Virus record (IMG/VR): IMGVR_UViG_3300000176_000001
Reading direction: 5' to 3' (one strand)
DNA: 64,000 nt
DNA from: a virus
Under the pieces are notes generated by a model, which saw only the letters and a list, made by a program, of their open reading frames with translations, was not told where the DNA came from and did not search any database. The stretch's first letter is position 1. The number at the start of each line of letters is the position of its first letter. Shown one piece after another: positions 1 through 11,500 of this stretch. Made by a program: the position numbers and the translations under genes.

Positions 1-2
1 AA

Positions 3-245
3 TTTAGACATAAAGCTTCCGTCACCACCAAAGCCGTCAACTGACTTAATGTACATTTCAATAGAGTACGATTGATTATAATATGATTGATCGTCTGCCA
101 TGTACAGCGTATCATAATTACCAAAATTACGAGGAATATAAAGCATGTCTTGTCCATAGATTCGAATGGACTCAATAATTAGGTCCTCAATGAGAAGTTG
201 CTCTTCACTGGTCGCAAAATTATTAAAATAAAAATTAGTACCCAT
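3..245 (-). CDS. gp14: Neck protein gp14, N-terminal part (runs off the window edge)
   Basis: Manual translation from ATG at 245: MGTNFYFNNFATSEEQLLIEDLIIESIRIYGQDMLYIPR...IEMYIKSVDGFGGDGSFMSK, a T4-like gp14 N-terminus; follows gp13. Confidence 0.88.
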   Translation of the reverse strand, partial: MGTNFYFNNFATSEEQLLIEDLIIESIRIYGQDMLYIPRNFGNYDTLYMADDQSYYNQSYSIEMYIKSVDGFGGDGSFMSK

Positions 246-248
246 AAA

Positions 249-989
249 CTATCCGATCATATCGGCTACAGGCAAGCTGTAGGTAAAGATCATCTCTTGC
301 TCTAGTTCTTTACGCTCCTCGGTAGCCTCATCAAATATAGCCTGACCATTGAAGCTGATGCCTCCTGGTAATTGCATACCATTATATTTCTTAATGTTGT
401 TTCCCCATTGTTGTTTAATCAAGCATGAGGCATATCTCTGAAGCCAACGATCTGACCAAACGCTCGAGTATATCTCAGGGTCTACGATTTGATAAGCTTC
501 AACAACAATATAGTCGCCAACATTAACTATACTCCAGTCCATATCGATATATAGATTTCCAATATGGCGATTATATCTAACTGGTTGCTGTCCAACGAGC
601 ATCTGCTCTAAGAATTGAATATGTGTTAGGGCCATATAATATGGCACCATGGATACAGATGTTAGCGTATATAAGTCATTAAGAGCAATCTGGTATCTTA
701 TGTTAAACAGATTGTTTGTATTAAGTGCCTGACCTATAGGAAATATGCTAACAGCCCCAATAATATTATCCGGAAGAGGAATATATCTTCTATCTTTATC
801 GCCATCCTGAACTATATATTTGTAGTATGTCTTATCAGATCCATCAAAATGATAGTCCCAATAATAGCGAAGCGCCTCATCGACACGATCATCGACTTGA
901 TCTGGATCAACGTTGATCTCGATGACAGGCTTGCCTAACTTACGTAAGCAAAACTCTGCAAATGATGCCCTATCGGTCGGAACTGTCAT
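249..989 (-). CDS. gp13: Neck protein gp13
   Basis: CLRKLGKPVIEINVD...YHFDG...KQQWGNNIKKYNGMQLPGG motifs typical of T4-like gp13. Confidence 0.93.
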   Translation of the reverse strand: MTVPTDRASFAEFCLRKLGKPVIEINVDPDQVDDRVDEALRYYWDYHFDGSDKTYYKYIVQDGDKDRRYIPLPDNIIGAVSIFPIGQALNTNNLFNIRYQIALNDLYTLTSVSMVPYYMALTHIQFLEQMLVGQQPVRYNRHIGNLYIDMDWSIVNVGDYIVVEAYQIVDPEIYSSVWSDRWLQRYASCLIKQQWGNNIKKYNGMQLPGGISFNGQAIFDEATEERKELEQEMIFTYSLPVADMIG

Positions 990-1010
990 CTTAACACCTA
1001 TTCTTTAATG

Positions 1011-1018
1011 TATTTATT
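1011..1018 (-). promoter_or_regulatory. T4-type late promoter variant (AATAAATA)
   Basis: ATAAATA core about 20 nt upstream of the gp13 start. Confidence 0.55.
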
Positions 1019-1042
1019 CTATTTGTAAAAAATGTTTCACTG

Positions 1043-4000
1043 TCACATATTATGAGAAGCTAATTGGGTTTCTAATTTATTTATTTTATTCTGTAAAGAT
1101 TGTATAGTAGATACTATATCAGCATAGAAGCCCATTTCTATACCGATCATCAATTTTCCTTCACCATCATCGTGCACACTATTAGGATATTGTTCTTGAA
1201 ACTCTTGAGCAATGAATCCTGAATCAGGTTTTTCTGTATCTTTCCATGTAAAATTAACTGGATTAAGAGCCATAATCCGACTAGGAGCATCTGTAATAGT
1301 AGAAATATCTTTCTTTAAAGTCCTATCAGAAGATATACCCCATGTTGTAAGACCGTCTTCTCTAACAGGATAAGTAGAGCCGGAATTTGTCTGCACAGTA
1401 AATCTATTAACAGATATCTGAACTCTCGAAGTATTATAAAGAACACCAAAAGCTAAGAAACTACCATTCCAACTTATACCTGTATCACTAGAAAAATCTA
1501 TATTTTTATATCCAGATACAGATTCCAATCGAGGATATTGACCCACAGCAGCGACAAAGCTGCCCGCGGTTATACTATTAACACTTAAATTAAGAGTTCC
1601 GTTTCCTAATGAAGATACAGTAGCATAGTTACTAAGAGAACTAATAGTAGCATAACTACTAAGCGTACTTGAAAGTGAGCTAGTAGTCACATAGCTACCT
1701 AGTGCTCCAGAAGTCACATAGCCAGAATCATTACTGAGCTGACTTACTCTAGTAGGTATCGAGGATGAAGTAACATACCCAGGACCGTTTGTAAATGAAC
1801 TAAGATCGGTAGGCCTACCCGTTTGATTAGTATAAGTTAAGTAATAACTACCTGGCTGATTATTCAAGAGAGTAGAGTTAGCAGCTGTACCATTAATTGG
1901 AGAGAAATTAGTAGCGTTTGCAAAGGTCGGCACACCGGTTAGATTATTATAATTTAAATAATAAGATCCAGGTAAACCGTTTAAATTGGTAGCATTGTAA
2001 GCAATACCATTGATTCCAAAACCATTGGTCGAGTTAGCAAATGTATCGGACGTATATCCAGATAAAGATGTTGGCTTCCCAGATAAATTGCTAAAAGTTA
2101 TATATGTACCAAAATTACCACTGGTCACGACTGTGGAATTATTAACTGTAAGAACGGCAGCAATTCCCGAGTTAAACGCCCATGTGTCTTGAGCACCACT
2201 AGTTGTGAACACTAGATTCTTTGTAGAAGTCGCAGTAGACCCAAAATATATAACCGGAGAAGTTCCGGAACCACCTACCCTGAAATATGTATTAGAGATT
2301 ATACTATTAAATGATGGATTACCTGATGTATTAGTGCTCTGATTGAGAGGATACTGAGTTATATTATAAGCATTACCAGTAAATACAGTAGAGTTAGCCA
2401 AAGCATATACTGTAGTATTTCCTATAGTTATAGAAGCAGTACCATATGCATTATTTCCAACACTTAGATTGTTATTAACAGTAGCACCATTTGCAAATAG
2501 TATGTTAGTACTGACATTTCCTATAGCAATATTACTAGACCAATAAGGGGCAAATGTACCACTTCCACTAGCTGTTAAGACTTGACCAGTAGTTCCATTA
2601 CTCCACGAGCCACTACCATAGACGCTTAACGATTGAGCTATATTAGCTCCAAGAGCTACATTGAGTGTTCCATTAATATCTACCAGAGCCCCAGGAGATG
2701 TTGTATTAAATCCAGTATTACCAAAAACATACATGGCATCAGAGATAGATCTTGCTGATGTCGGAGGTGCCGATCCTACACCAATTCCACTTGGACCAAC
2801 ATTGAACTGTCTAAACTGATATGCTGTAGTGTTGGCCGATCCAGTGCTTATATATCTATATGAGTCCCACGTACCAGAAGCTGCTACATCATTATTTTGA
2901 AATAGATATAATGTATTTGATGTTCCTGTGCCAAGCGGATTATCTATCTCGACATACGCAACTGGAGTAGACGTTCCATAACCAGTATTACCACCTAGTG
3001 TGACATTTAAAGTAGTGCCTACTTTAAATGTATTACCACCTATAACTGCACCATTTGCACCTATTACAGTATTACCAGCTGTATTTTGAACCCATAAAAC
3101 TGAGTTAGACGTGACAGTACTATTTCCTGCAATTAGTCCTGAATAAGAGACAGATACATTTCCTACAGTGGTTCCAGTTCCATTAAATGTAATAGCTGCA
3201 GTATTAACAACAGTATTTGTTACAGTAGAGTTACCAAAATAAGTTGTTCCTTGAACAGCTGCATTACCAAAAAATACATTAGAACCGGTAAAGTTTAAAT
3301 TACCTGACAATACACGACTATCAGCATTCTGCACATAAACGTTAGCATTAACACCACCTAGTTTTGCTGTGTCACCAACAGTAATTCCAGGCTGAGCTGA
3401 CTGTAAAACTCCATATAGGTTACACGCGTATAAATTATTCCATGTTTGTGTAGGAGACCCAATATCTTGCGTACTACTCGCGGCAGGCATTATTGAGACA
3501 TTTGACATCCAGGCACCAGAAGCCGCTGAGTAAACTAGATTAGCATACGTCGACACTACAATTCCAGAGCCGTTTGCCGCTGCAGTAGTTCCTGCTCCAT
3601 TAGCTAATACCAAATTCTTATCAGTTGTAGTAATAGATACAGAGTTAATGAATGTAGTTGTTCCAGAAAATGTAAGGTTACCGCCGACAGTCATGTTGCC
3701 GCCAACATATACATCCCCAGAGATGTTAGCCCATGCTAGGTTAGCTAGAGAAGTAGTCACTAGATAAGATGTCTGTACATTACCGTTTAGCGCGTATAAA
3801 CCCGAGGAATTAGATATTGTAGATACTGTGCCATTCGTAACAGTAAGCGACGAGTTTATTGTCAAGTTAGCTATAGTAAAGTTGCCAGTAGTATTGACAG
3901 TATTAATCGGAGCTCGTGCCCATGCTAATGTGCCAGAGACGATATTAGTAGCATTAGTATAATAAGAAGGAAGATTACCACCAAGGTTTAATGCATTATT

Positions 4001-4510
4001 TGCTGTAGCACTAATAACTGTCGAGTTAATCTGAACGTTAACTGATGAGTTACCTATAACTATCAGACTATTATTAACTGTAACACCATTTGATGTCGAG
4101 TTGATAGTATTAATGTATATAGTTGTATTGGCTGTTGAGTTACCAAAATAGTTATTTGCTGCGGTAAAGTTAAGATTACCTGCGATGGTAAAGTTACCAG
4201 TAGTGTTTACAGTATTTGCAGCTTGATAAGCCCAAGGAAGTGTTCCCGCATTTATGTTAGTGGCATTTGTGTAATAAGAACCAGGTTGACTATTTAGATT
4301 AGTAGAGTTGGCCGAGGTGCCACTGTAGTTTGCAGATGTCAGAGTACCCGTGACAGATGAGTTAGATATAGTTAATGTTAGGGTATTTGTGCTAGGAGAG
4401 GTAAAGACCGCATTGACGGTGGTATTACCTATGTGGACCTCTGTTGAGTTGGCTGTAAAGGTAGTGTTTACTACTAGGCCATTCTTAACTACAAAATCTT
4501 TATCTGACAT
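1043..4510 (-). CDS. Tail fibre protein with C-terminal intramolecular chaperone (peptidase S74-like) domain
   Basis: N/T/S/G-rich beta repeats; C-terminal SSDRTLKKDI...LNPVNFTWK...GFIAQE followed by a coiled coil. Confidence 0.85.
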   Translation of the reverse strand: MSDKDFVVKNGLVVNTTFTANSTEVHIGNTTVNAVFTSPSTNTLTLTISNSSVTGTLTSANYSGTSANSTNLNSQPGSYYTNATNINAGTLPWAYQAANTVNTTGNFTIAGNLNFTAANNYFGNSTANTTIYINTINSTSNGVTVNNSLIVIGNSSVNVQINSTVISATANNALNLGGNLPSYYTNATNIVSGTLAWARAPINTVNTTGNFTIANLTINSSLTVTNGTVSTISNSSGLYALNGNVQTSYLVTTSLANLAWANISGDVYVGGNMTVGGNLTFSGTTTFINSVSITTTDKNLVLANGAGTTAAANGSGIVVSTYANLVYSAASGAWMSNVSIMPAASSTQDIGSPTQTWNNLYACNLYGVLQSAQPGITVGDTAKLGGVNANVYVQNADSRVLSGNLNFTGSNVFFGNAAVQGTTYFGNSTVTNTVVNTAAITFNGTGTTVGNVSVSYSGLIAGNSTVTSNSVLWVQNTAGNTVIGANGAVIGGNTFKVGTTLNVTLGGNTGYGTSTPVAYVEIDNPLGTGTSNTLYLFQNNDVAASGTWDSYRYISTGSANTTAYQFRQFNVGPSGIGVGSAPPTSARSISDAMYVFGNTGFNTTSPGALVDINGTLNVALGANIAQSLSVYGSGSWSNGTTGQVLTASGSGTFAPYWSSNIAIGNVSTNILFANGATVNNNLSVGNNAYGTASITIGNTTVYALANSTVFTGNAYNITQYPLNQSTNTSGNPSFNSIISNTYFRVGGSGTSPVIYFGSTATSTKNLVFTTSGAQDTWAFNSGIAAVLTVNNSTVVTSGNFGTYITFSNLSGKPTSLSGYTSDTFANSTNGFGINGIAYNATNLNGLPGSYYLNYNNLTGVPTFANATNFSPINGTAANSTLLNNQPGSYYLTYTNQTGRPTDLSSFTNGPGYVTSSSIPTRVSQLSNDSGYVTSGALGSYVTTSSLSSTLSSYATISSLSNYATVSSLGNGTLNLSVNSITAGSFVAAVGQYPRLESVSGYKNIDFSSDTGISWNGSFLAFGVLYNTSRVQISVNRFTVQTNSGSTYPVREDGLTTWGISSDRTLKKDISTITDAPSRIMALNPVNFTWKDTEKPDSGFIAQEFQEQYPNSVHDDGEGKLMIGIEMGFYADIVSTIQSLQNKINKLETQLASHNM

Positions 4511-4538
4511 CTGGTTCCCTTTCCCGCAGAATTTTGAC

Positions 4539-4546
4539 TATTTATA
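4539..4546 (-). promoter_or_regulatory. T4 late promoter TATAAATA
   Basis: Exact TATAAATA in the intergenic gap upstream of the 1155-aa fibre gene. Confidence 0.75.
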
Positions 4547-4557
4547 ATAATTCTTAG

Positions 4558-4875
4558 TTAGAAAGGAAGGTCTTTTTGCTCAATTGCTCTAGTATTTATA
4601 ATCGATTCTATTGCCTTGGATATATCATCTTCTATAGTAGAAACATTCAGATACTCGTCTGTCCAGTTATCAAAGATCTCCCTAGTTAAACTAGAGTATA
4701 CAATAAAGTCTTCTGGATTAACCGTCGGTAAATCAACACGGTTGTTTATAGACATAATATTTCCTTCACCATCATCTCCAGTAATTAAGCACTGGTATGA
4801 TATAACTACGTCTGATAAGTCACCAACTTTAGTGACCATCGGGCTACTATATGTTCTCGTATATGTTATGGCCAT
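4558..4875 (-). CDS. Small fibre-associated protein (possible fibre tip or assembly factor)
   Basis: 105 aa, MAITYT...LSDVV...FIVYSSLT...LPF pattern seen next to fibre genes in aquatic phages. Confidence 0.6.
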   Translation of the reverse strand: MAITYTRTYSSPMVTKVGDLSDVVISYQCLITGDDGEGNIMSINNRVDLPTVNPEDFIVYSSLTREIFDNWTDEYLNVSTIEDDISKAIESIINTRAIEQKDLPF

Positions 4876-4876
4876 A

Positions 4877-5755
4877 TTAGACTCCTATTGCGTGATAGTA
4901 TACTGTACTTGATGTCGCGCTGTTGGTGGTGACAGTAGCCGTAGTATTATTTGCGCCACTAAGCCACACAAACGCGGTACCGACAGTTCCACTAACTGTT
5001 ACGTTATAAAGTGTAGTAAATGCACTAGCAAATGTACCAGACACACCCAAGCTATTTGCAGATATTGATCCCCAGTTCAACTTAATACCGTTTGGAAGCA
5101 CTGTGTAACCAGTAGCTGCTGCAGTAGACTTACCACCAATATAGACACCCGCAGTGTTTACTATAGCATTTGCAGTATTATTTCCTATAAACATAGATGT
5201 TGCTGCTAATGTTGCACCACCAGTACCGGTTGTATTAGCAGACGCAGTTGGATTAAGTACTAAAGAGCTTGTATTATGAGTAGTATTAATCGTGCTATTA
5301 CCAAAAAACAACGTTGTTAAACTCATTGCAGCACCACCTGTACCGGTAGTATTAGCTGCCGATATAGGATTTAAAGACAATGAACTTGTATTAACAGTCG
5401 CATTAATTGTATTATTACCAACTAACATAACGGTACTATTTGCTACATAACCACCTGTACCAGTCGTAGTAGACAGAGCACCACCTACAGATAGTGTACT
5501 TGCAGTAAGTGTAGAGTTGGCAAGTGTGTTTCCAATGAATATTGTAGTATTTGTAACAGAAAAAGCACCTGTACCAGTAGTGGCTGCTGTACCACCAGTT
5601 ATATTAATAGTATTAGTAAATGCATACTGGGAAGAAGCATTAACACTGGCAGATACTGGTTGCCATGACACATAGGTACCATTCGAGGTTAGGACCTGAC
5701 CATTGGTAGACCCATCACTCGATATATAACCTGGATGTATTAGTTGATTTGACAT
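4877..5755 (-). CDS. Short fibre protein with C-terminal lectin-like receptor-binding domain
   Basis: GQVLTSNG connector, ANTTGTGG repeats, C-terminal GYTVLPNGIKLNWG...YYHAIG typical of fibre tip domains. Confidence 0.75.
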   Translation of the reverse strand: MSNQLIHPGYISSDGSTNGQVLTSNGTYVSWQPVSASVNASSQYAFTNTINITGGTAATTGTGAFSVTNTTIFIGNTLANSTLTASTLSVGGALSTTTGTGGYVANSTVMLVGNNTINATVNTSSLSLNPISAANTTGTGGAAMSLTTLFFGNSTINTTHNTSSLVLNPTASANTTGTGGATLAATSMFIGNNTANAIVNTAGVYIGGKSTAAATGYTVLPNGIKLNWGSISANSLGVSGTFASAFTTLYNVTVSGTVGTAFVWLSGANNTTATVTTNSATSSTVYYHAIGV

Positions 5756-5776
5756 AGTGACCTATCTCTGTTATTC

Positions 5777-6016
5777 TTATTTATTAAGAAGGGAAATGAT
5801 TTGATCTAACTTTGTAGAATCTACAAGTGACACATCATTTTTTAAGTCTGTTATAAGATTAGTAACAAATGTTCTCCAGAATGCTTTTTGTTCATCAGTC
5901 ACATATGATGGCCATTCTGTTATAAATGCAGCAGGAGCATTTGTATCATTTGGCATATCTCTCCAATATGGCCAAGAAGTACATTGCATTGCGTATTTTT
6001 CTATAAGCTCGTCCAT
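5777..6016 (-). CDS. Hypothetical protein (79 aa)
   Basis: ORF with AAGGA RBS, in operon between fibre genes. Confidence 0.6.
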   Translation of the reverse strand: MDELIEKYAMQCTSWPYWRDMPNDTNAPAAFITEWPSYVTDEQKAFWRTFVTNLITDLKNDVSLVDSTKLDQIISLLNK

Positions 6017-6025
6017 TGTAATTCC

Positions 6026-8197
6026 TTAACGATCGTTAAATGGTAATGATGTTGGAGTAAAATTAGTTGTATAACGTGCTAAACCTTTAGTAATACGAAC
6101 TTCATCAATATAACCTTGAAAATAGTTACCTAAATTATTATTTGTTCCAATATTAAATGTACCACCATTATCTTTAGTAGTTATAATAATAGTATTACTT
6201 GCCAATAAAGTTCCATTTAAAAAAGATAACATTTGATTACCGTTTCGAACTAATGCTACATGATACCATGTATTATTTGCAATACCATTGTATGCATTTT
6301 GAATATACGTAGACCCAGTAGTACCATCTGCAATCATAAAAAGTAATTGTCCAGAAGTTCCATTTAAAAATATTCCATAAGATGGGTTAGTTGATGATTG
6401 GTTCCAATCTTTTGCGATAATAGATTGTTGACCTACAGCAGTATTAGAAGCATTAAACCAACATTCAACAGTAAAATTAGGAGCACCAGTAGATAAATCT
6501 AATGTTGGTGAATTTGGAGCTCTTATATAACTTACGCCTGGAAAATACATACTACTATTACCAACAGCATTCGCACTATTACTGATTACTACAGAATTAG
6601 CTGTTATTAAATTAACTTTTTCAGCTTGATCAATAATATTGCCATTGACACCATTTACGAGAAGCACTGGGTTATTACCACCATCAGATGAAACAGGCGA
6701 TGTTGGTGGTGAAAAAATTAAAGATCCTACAGTAGTATTTGTTGTTTGGAATGCAGAAGGAATATAACCATTAAATAATCTAGCATTAGACTGATAAAAT
6801 CTTCCATATGAAGTACCAGCCAAATTACTGGCAACTCCCATATACAATGATCCTGTCGCAGATGACATAGCATTGGCGTAAGTACCGCTTGCGGCAAGAT
6901 AACCATTAACAAATATTCTACACACACCACCTGTATCTCTTGTATAAGCAATATGAGACCAGCTATTAAGAGGAACTGAATAAGGAGAAGGTAAAGCTGT
7001 ATTTCTAACAGCAATGTAAGTAGCCACACCAGTACCATTTATAGTCCATTGAATAGAATTTGCACTAACAATACTAAATCCCCACGTAGGACCAGCGCTA
7101 CCATAAGACCAATTTCTACTGGCCAAAAGAACAGCATTGGTATAGTTTACAGGATATACCCATGCATCATAAGAAACAGCAACACCAGATGCAAAATCAA
7201 AATTACTTACATAAGGAACAGTAGCATAATCAGTTGAAGTAAGACCTGCAACATTATACATAACACTACCGCCAATACTAGTATTATACGTATTTGATGG
7301 AGCGAATGGTGATGTAGGTAATACAGATGGTGTTCCTGTTAATGTAATTGCTAAATTATTTGTAGAATTATCAACATATCTATTAGATTGACAAGTAAGT
7401 AATATTGTTCCAGATACTGCAGTTAAAGATGTAGTAGGAACTGATAGAGTAGTATTTGTTACGCCATAAACATCAGTATTAGTTACACGAAGATTACTAA
7501 TATATCCTTTAGGTCCAGATGAAAATGTTATAGCCCAAGCAGCTGTAGTAAATGTAGTCGAAGAAGTACCAGTGCCATAGCTAGTACCATCTACCCAAAT
7601 TCTCATACTATTACTAGAACTTCTTGCTAATACAATATGGTGCCAAGCATTTAAATTATTAGCTATGTTAAAAGTACTTGCAAAAATATCACCTGTTCCA
7701 AACAAATTTGCAGTTAATAAACCAGCATTATTATATAATTGAATTCCACCAGCTGCAGTAACACCAGTTATTGCACCTGATGCAGAAGTTGTAAAATAAG
7801 CCCAAAATTCTATAGTAAAGGTTCCAGAAAACCCAAATCCAGCATTAGAAGCTACTGTTGCATAATCAGATGTTGTTGGAAAATAATTAGACCAACCAGT
7901 AACAGAAAACGGCGAAAATGTACCTTGAGTTGCATTGCCAAATTTTGTTATTGTATAATTGTTTATGCTACTATCTATTATTAAGTTATTATTTGATCCA
8001 TTAACACCTTCAGCATGAATTAGTAATGAATTATAATTGAAATATGGTTCTGATTGTCCTGGAGGATAATAACCTGGCCATAATCCAGATCTTTGAAATT
8101 TTTCAGCATCTTTTAGTGTCCAGATGCCACTAGCACTACCAATCGTTGGCTGGTTGCTGGTACCTGTTACACCGCCGTCATGTCTTACTCTAGTCAT
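6026..8197 (-). CDS. Virion protein with three concanavalin A-like/LamG domains (putative glycan-binding adhesin)
   Basis: Three repeats of FTxExW...WxH(I/V)xxxR...(V/L)(D/N)G; ends GYIDEVRITKGLARYTTNFTP. Confidence 0.85.
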   Translation of the reverse strand: MTRVRHDGGVTGTSNQPTIGSASGIWTLKDAEKFQRSGLWPGYYPPGQSEPYFNYNSLLIHAEGVNGSNNNLIIDSSINNYTITKFGNATQGTFSPFSVTGWSNYFPTTSDYATVASNAGFGFSGTFTIEFWAYFTTSASGAITGVTAAGGIQLYNNAGLLTANLFGTGDIFASTFNIANNLNAWHHIVLARSSSNSMRIWVDGTSYGTGTSSTTFTTAAWAITFSSGPKGYISNLRVTNTDVYGVTNTTLSVPTTSLTAVSGTILLTCQSNRYVDNSTNNLAITLTGTPSVLPTSPFAPSNTYNTSIGGSVMYNVAGLTSTDYATVPYVSNFDFASGVAVSYDAWVYPVNYTNAVLLASRNWSYGSAGPTWGFSIVSANSIQWTINGTGVATYIAVRNTALPSPYSVPLNSWSHIAYTRDTGGVCRIFVNGYLAASGTYANAMSSATGSLYMGVASNLAGTSYGRFYQSNARLFNGYIPSAFQTTNTTVGSLIFSPPTSPVSSDGGNNPVLLVNGVNGNIIDQAEKVNLITANSVVISNSANAVGNSSMYFPGVSYIRAPNSPTLDLSTGAPNFTVECWFNASNTAVGQQSIIAKDWNQSSTNPSYGIFLNGTSGQLLFMIADGTTGSTYIQNAYNGIANNTWYHVALVRNGNQMLSFLNGTLLASNTIIITTKDNGGTFNIGTNNNLGNYFQGYIDEVRITKGLARYTTNFTPTSLPFNDR

Positions 8198-8559
8198 TAG
8201 CTTATCTGCTCATAGCTTGCTACAGCTGTTAATGATGAATTTGCACCAGCTGTTAATTGAATTGAATTATTTTCTAAAAGATAAATCATACTATCTTTAC
8301 CAATTATTACCAATGAAGAGTTAGCAGGTACAACTACACTTTTAGCAAGAGCAGTATTTGTACCAGCTTGATTTAATTCTACAGTAACAGTCATTGATGA
8401 AGGAACTGTATTGACATTACAAATAGTTAATGCATTTAATTTATAAACAGTACTTGAACCTGCTGGATTTTGTACTACGTTAGCAGTTGTTGTTGAAACA
8501 GCTAGTACTGCAGTATTTCCGTAAATCGTACTTACGTTTACTATATTTGGATTTGCCAT
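8197..8559 (-). CDS. Small virion structural/adaptor protein
   Basis: MANPNIVNVSTIYG...VPANSSL...YLLENNSI...SYEQIS family found next to fibre genes. Confidence 0.65.
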   Translation of the reverse strand: MANPNIVNVSTIYGNTAVLAVSTTTANVVQNPAGSSTVYKLNALTICNVNTVPSSMTVTVELNQAGTNTALAKSVVVPANSSLVIIGKDSMIYLLENNSIQLTAGANSSLTAVASYEQIS

Positions 8560-8564
8560 TAGAA

Positions 8565-11500
8565 TTAACCTCCGAAAACTATCGCCATAGCAATGGCCTT
8601 ACCTGTTGATACACCGCCGCCTGCATATATATTATCAAAATTTCTAACCTCGACTATACTATTGGCTATTGGGGCAGTAGTCATAGTCAATGTAGTCCCA
8701 GATATAGAGTAGTGTGTGACTGGAAGCTGAACCATACCATCAAGTGTCACTATAGAGTTATTTTGGTTTCTTACTGCTGTAGATATCGTAAATGTAGTCT
8801 GAGTACCATTCGCTGTGAATGAATCAGATATTGCATTTGACTGAGGAACATTCGGTAGCGCCCAATATGCTACGGTTCCATTTGATGTAAGAACTTGACC
8901 AGATGTTCCAGTTGTACCATTAGCTGACACGTTAGCAATAGTAATTGTATTACTAAATGTAATAGTATTAGTGAATGTGTATTGTGACGCTGTATTAACA
9001 CTTCCACCACCCGAAACGTTTGACCAGTAAACGTTACCAGATCCGTTAGAGGTAAGAACTTGTCCTGCAGTACCGTTACTTCCATTAATCTGTATGACAC
9101 TATTAACACCAAGAATACCGGCATGTATGACAGTATTAGAAAATGTTTGTGTTCCAGTATATGTAAAGTTGGCTGTCGTATTAACATAGTTTGTCAGAGT
9201 AGTCGATAGCTGTGAGTTAGTGACAAATGTAGATAATCCATAACCACCAAAATTTAGAGCATTGTTTGCAGTACCGCTAAACGATGTTACAGTAGAATTT
9301 GTTGTTATAGCAGCATTGACAGTAGAGTTACCAAATGTTATACCAGACGTACTAACAACTACCGTGTTTGATGCAGTAGAGTTACTGAGAGCTACATATG
9401 TAGAACTTATAATAATATTACCAGAAGGACTTACTATAGAATCTGTGATATTATTACCATAACCATAATAAGTCGAGTTACCTGTATAGAAGTGAGTAGC
9501 ATTTGTCTGAGTATTAACAGTAGAGTTACCAACAGTTAATGTATTATTAATAATAACATTAGCTGTATGGGTTATAGTATTTGTAAATGTCTGGGTATTT
9601 GTCCAAGTATACTGTGCAGCTGTATTAATACTATTAATAAGTGCAGTACCATTAACATATACGCCGGTAGTATTTATAACAGCATTTGACGTACTATTAC
9701 CAATTGTTAAAGCCGTGCCTGTTAAATAGGCTCCGCCAGTTCCAGTCGTGTTGGCTGAAGAAGATGGGTTAATTGCAAGACTAGATACACTAATATAAGC
9801 ATTAACACTATTATTACCGGCAAAGAATGACGATGTGTTAACTTTACCAGTACCTGTACCAGTACCTATAGCAGTACTAACAAGTAGAGATGATCCTTCT
9901 GATGTATTATATGATCCGTTCCAATAAAGATTACCACTATTATTTCCAGCCCATAGCACAGGACCGCCACCACTCTGATCCCACTGTAGAGCTCCAGAAC
10001 CAGTCGTATTAGCAGTACCAGTGCCTATAGTAAGTTTACCACCATTAGGCGCACCCATAACCCAGCTAGTTGTATTCATTGCAACGTTTGTAGCAGAATT
10101 TCCAAAGAATAATGTTTGGCCTGTAGCATTAAATCCACCGGTACCGGTAGTATTTGCAGAACCTGCGCCGATACTTATTGTAGTTGTACTAATAGAAACG
10201 TTGCTTGCATTATTACCTAAAAATATTCCTGTGCCTGTAGCATTAAATCCACCGGTACCGGTAGTATTAGCAGAAGCAGTAGGATTTATTGATAATGATG
10301 ATGTATTTTGAATAGTATTAACTGTAGAGTTACCAATAAACAGCCCAATAGTATTGATGTATAAACCACCGGTACCGGTAGTATTAGCAGAAGCAGTAGG
10401 ATTAAGTATTATAGTACTTGTATTATACGTAGCATTAATTGTGTTATTTCCAAAGAACATACCGTTAATTGGATCTAGTGAAAGACCACCATTACCAGTA
10501 GTGTTAGCACCCGAAGTAGGATTGAGATAAATTCCTACAGTATTAACTGTAGTATTAATACTCGCATTACCAATGAATAATGTATTAGGTGTTAAATATG
10601 CATTAGTGGTTGTATTTTGCATCACTAGTATTAAATTACCAGATGCATAATTAGCTGTCATATATGCATTAATTATATTATTACCAAAGAAATATGTAGA
10701 GTTATTTGCTATTGCACCACCAGTACCAGTTGTAGACTGGGTAGTAGATCCAAGATATAGATAAGCTCCAGCACTAGTTGATAGTGTAATGCCAAAGCTA
10801 CTACCTGTATTTCCTAAATATAATCCACTTGTCGGGTTAAGCCAGAAGCCACCTGTTCCGGAACTATTAGCTGCTGCTGTCGGATTAATATAAATCTGAG
10901 AAGTATTAAAGAGACCGTTTGTTCCACTGGCATTATTCTGGTTAAAATATAAACCGGTACTATATAGATATGCATTTGTCGTAGAGCTACCGACAAAAAA
11001 GCCATTACCATTCATATTACTGTTGGCTCCTCCAGGAACTCCAGTATAAAATGTACCAAATCTAATACCAGTAAGAGAAGTACTACCACCACCTTGTATT
11101 GTTAAACCATCACCAATAGTTGTTTGAGTATAGCCACCTACAGAAGTATTAGAACTAGCCGGATTAATAGTTAATATAGCTGCAGTGAGTTCATTAAAAC
11201 GACCTCTAGTTGGGATAGACTCACCTATTATTATATTATCCATATATCCACGTTGCTGTGGATTTATAACGGTTGTTCCATAGGAAAATGTGCTTATATT
11301 ATTACCAGTAGTAGAGTTATCAAATATGGTATGACTATAAGGAGTAGATATAAATGCAGGACCAGATGTAGCATTAATTCCAGGTGAACTATAAATTGTA
11401 GTTACTGTGTTTACTGTATTTGTTATACCATATATGGTACCAGTATTATTTGCAGTAAAGAGATTATAACCACCATATGAACCAAGCGAATACCATTGTG

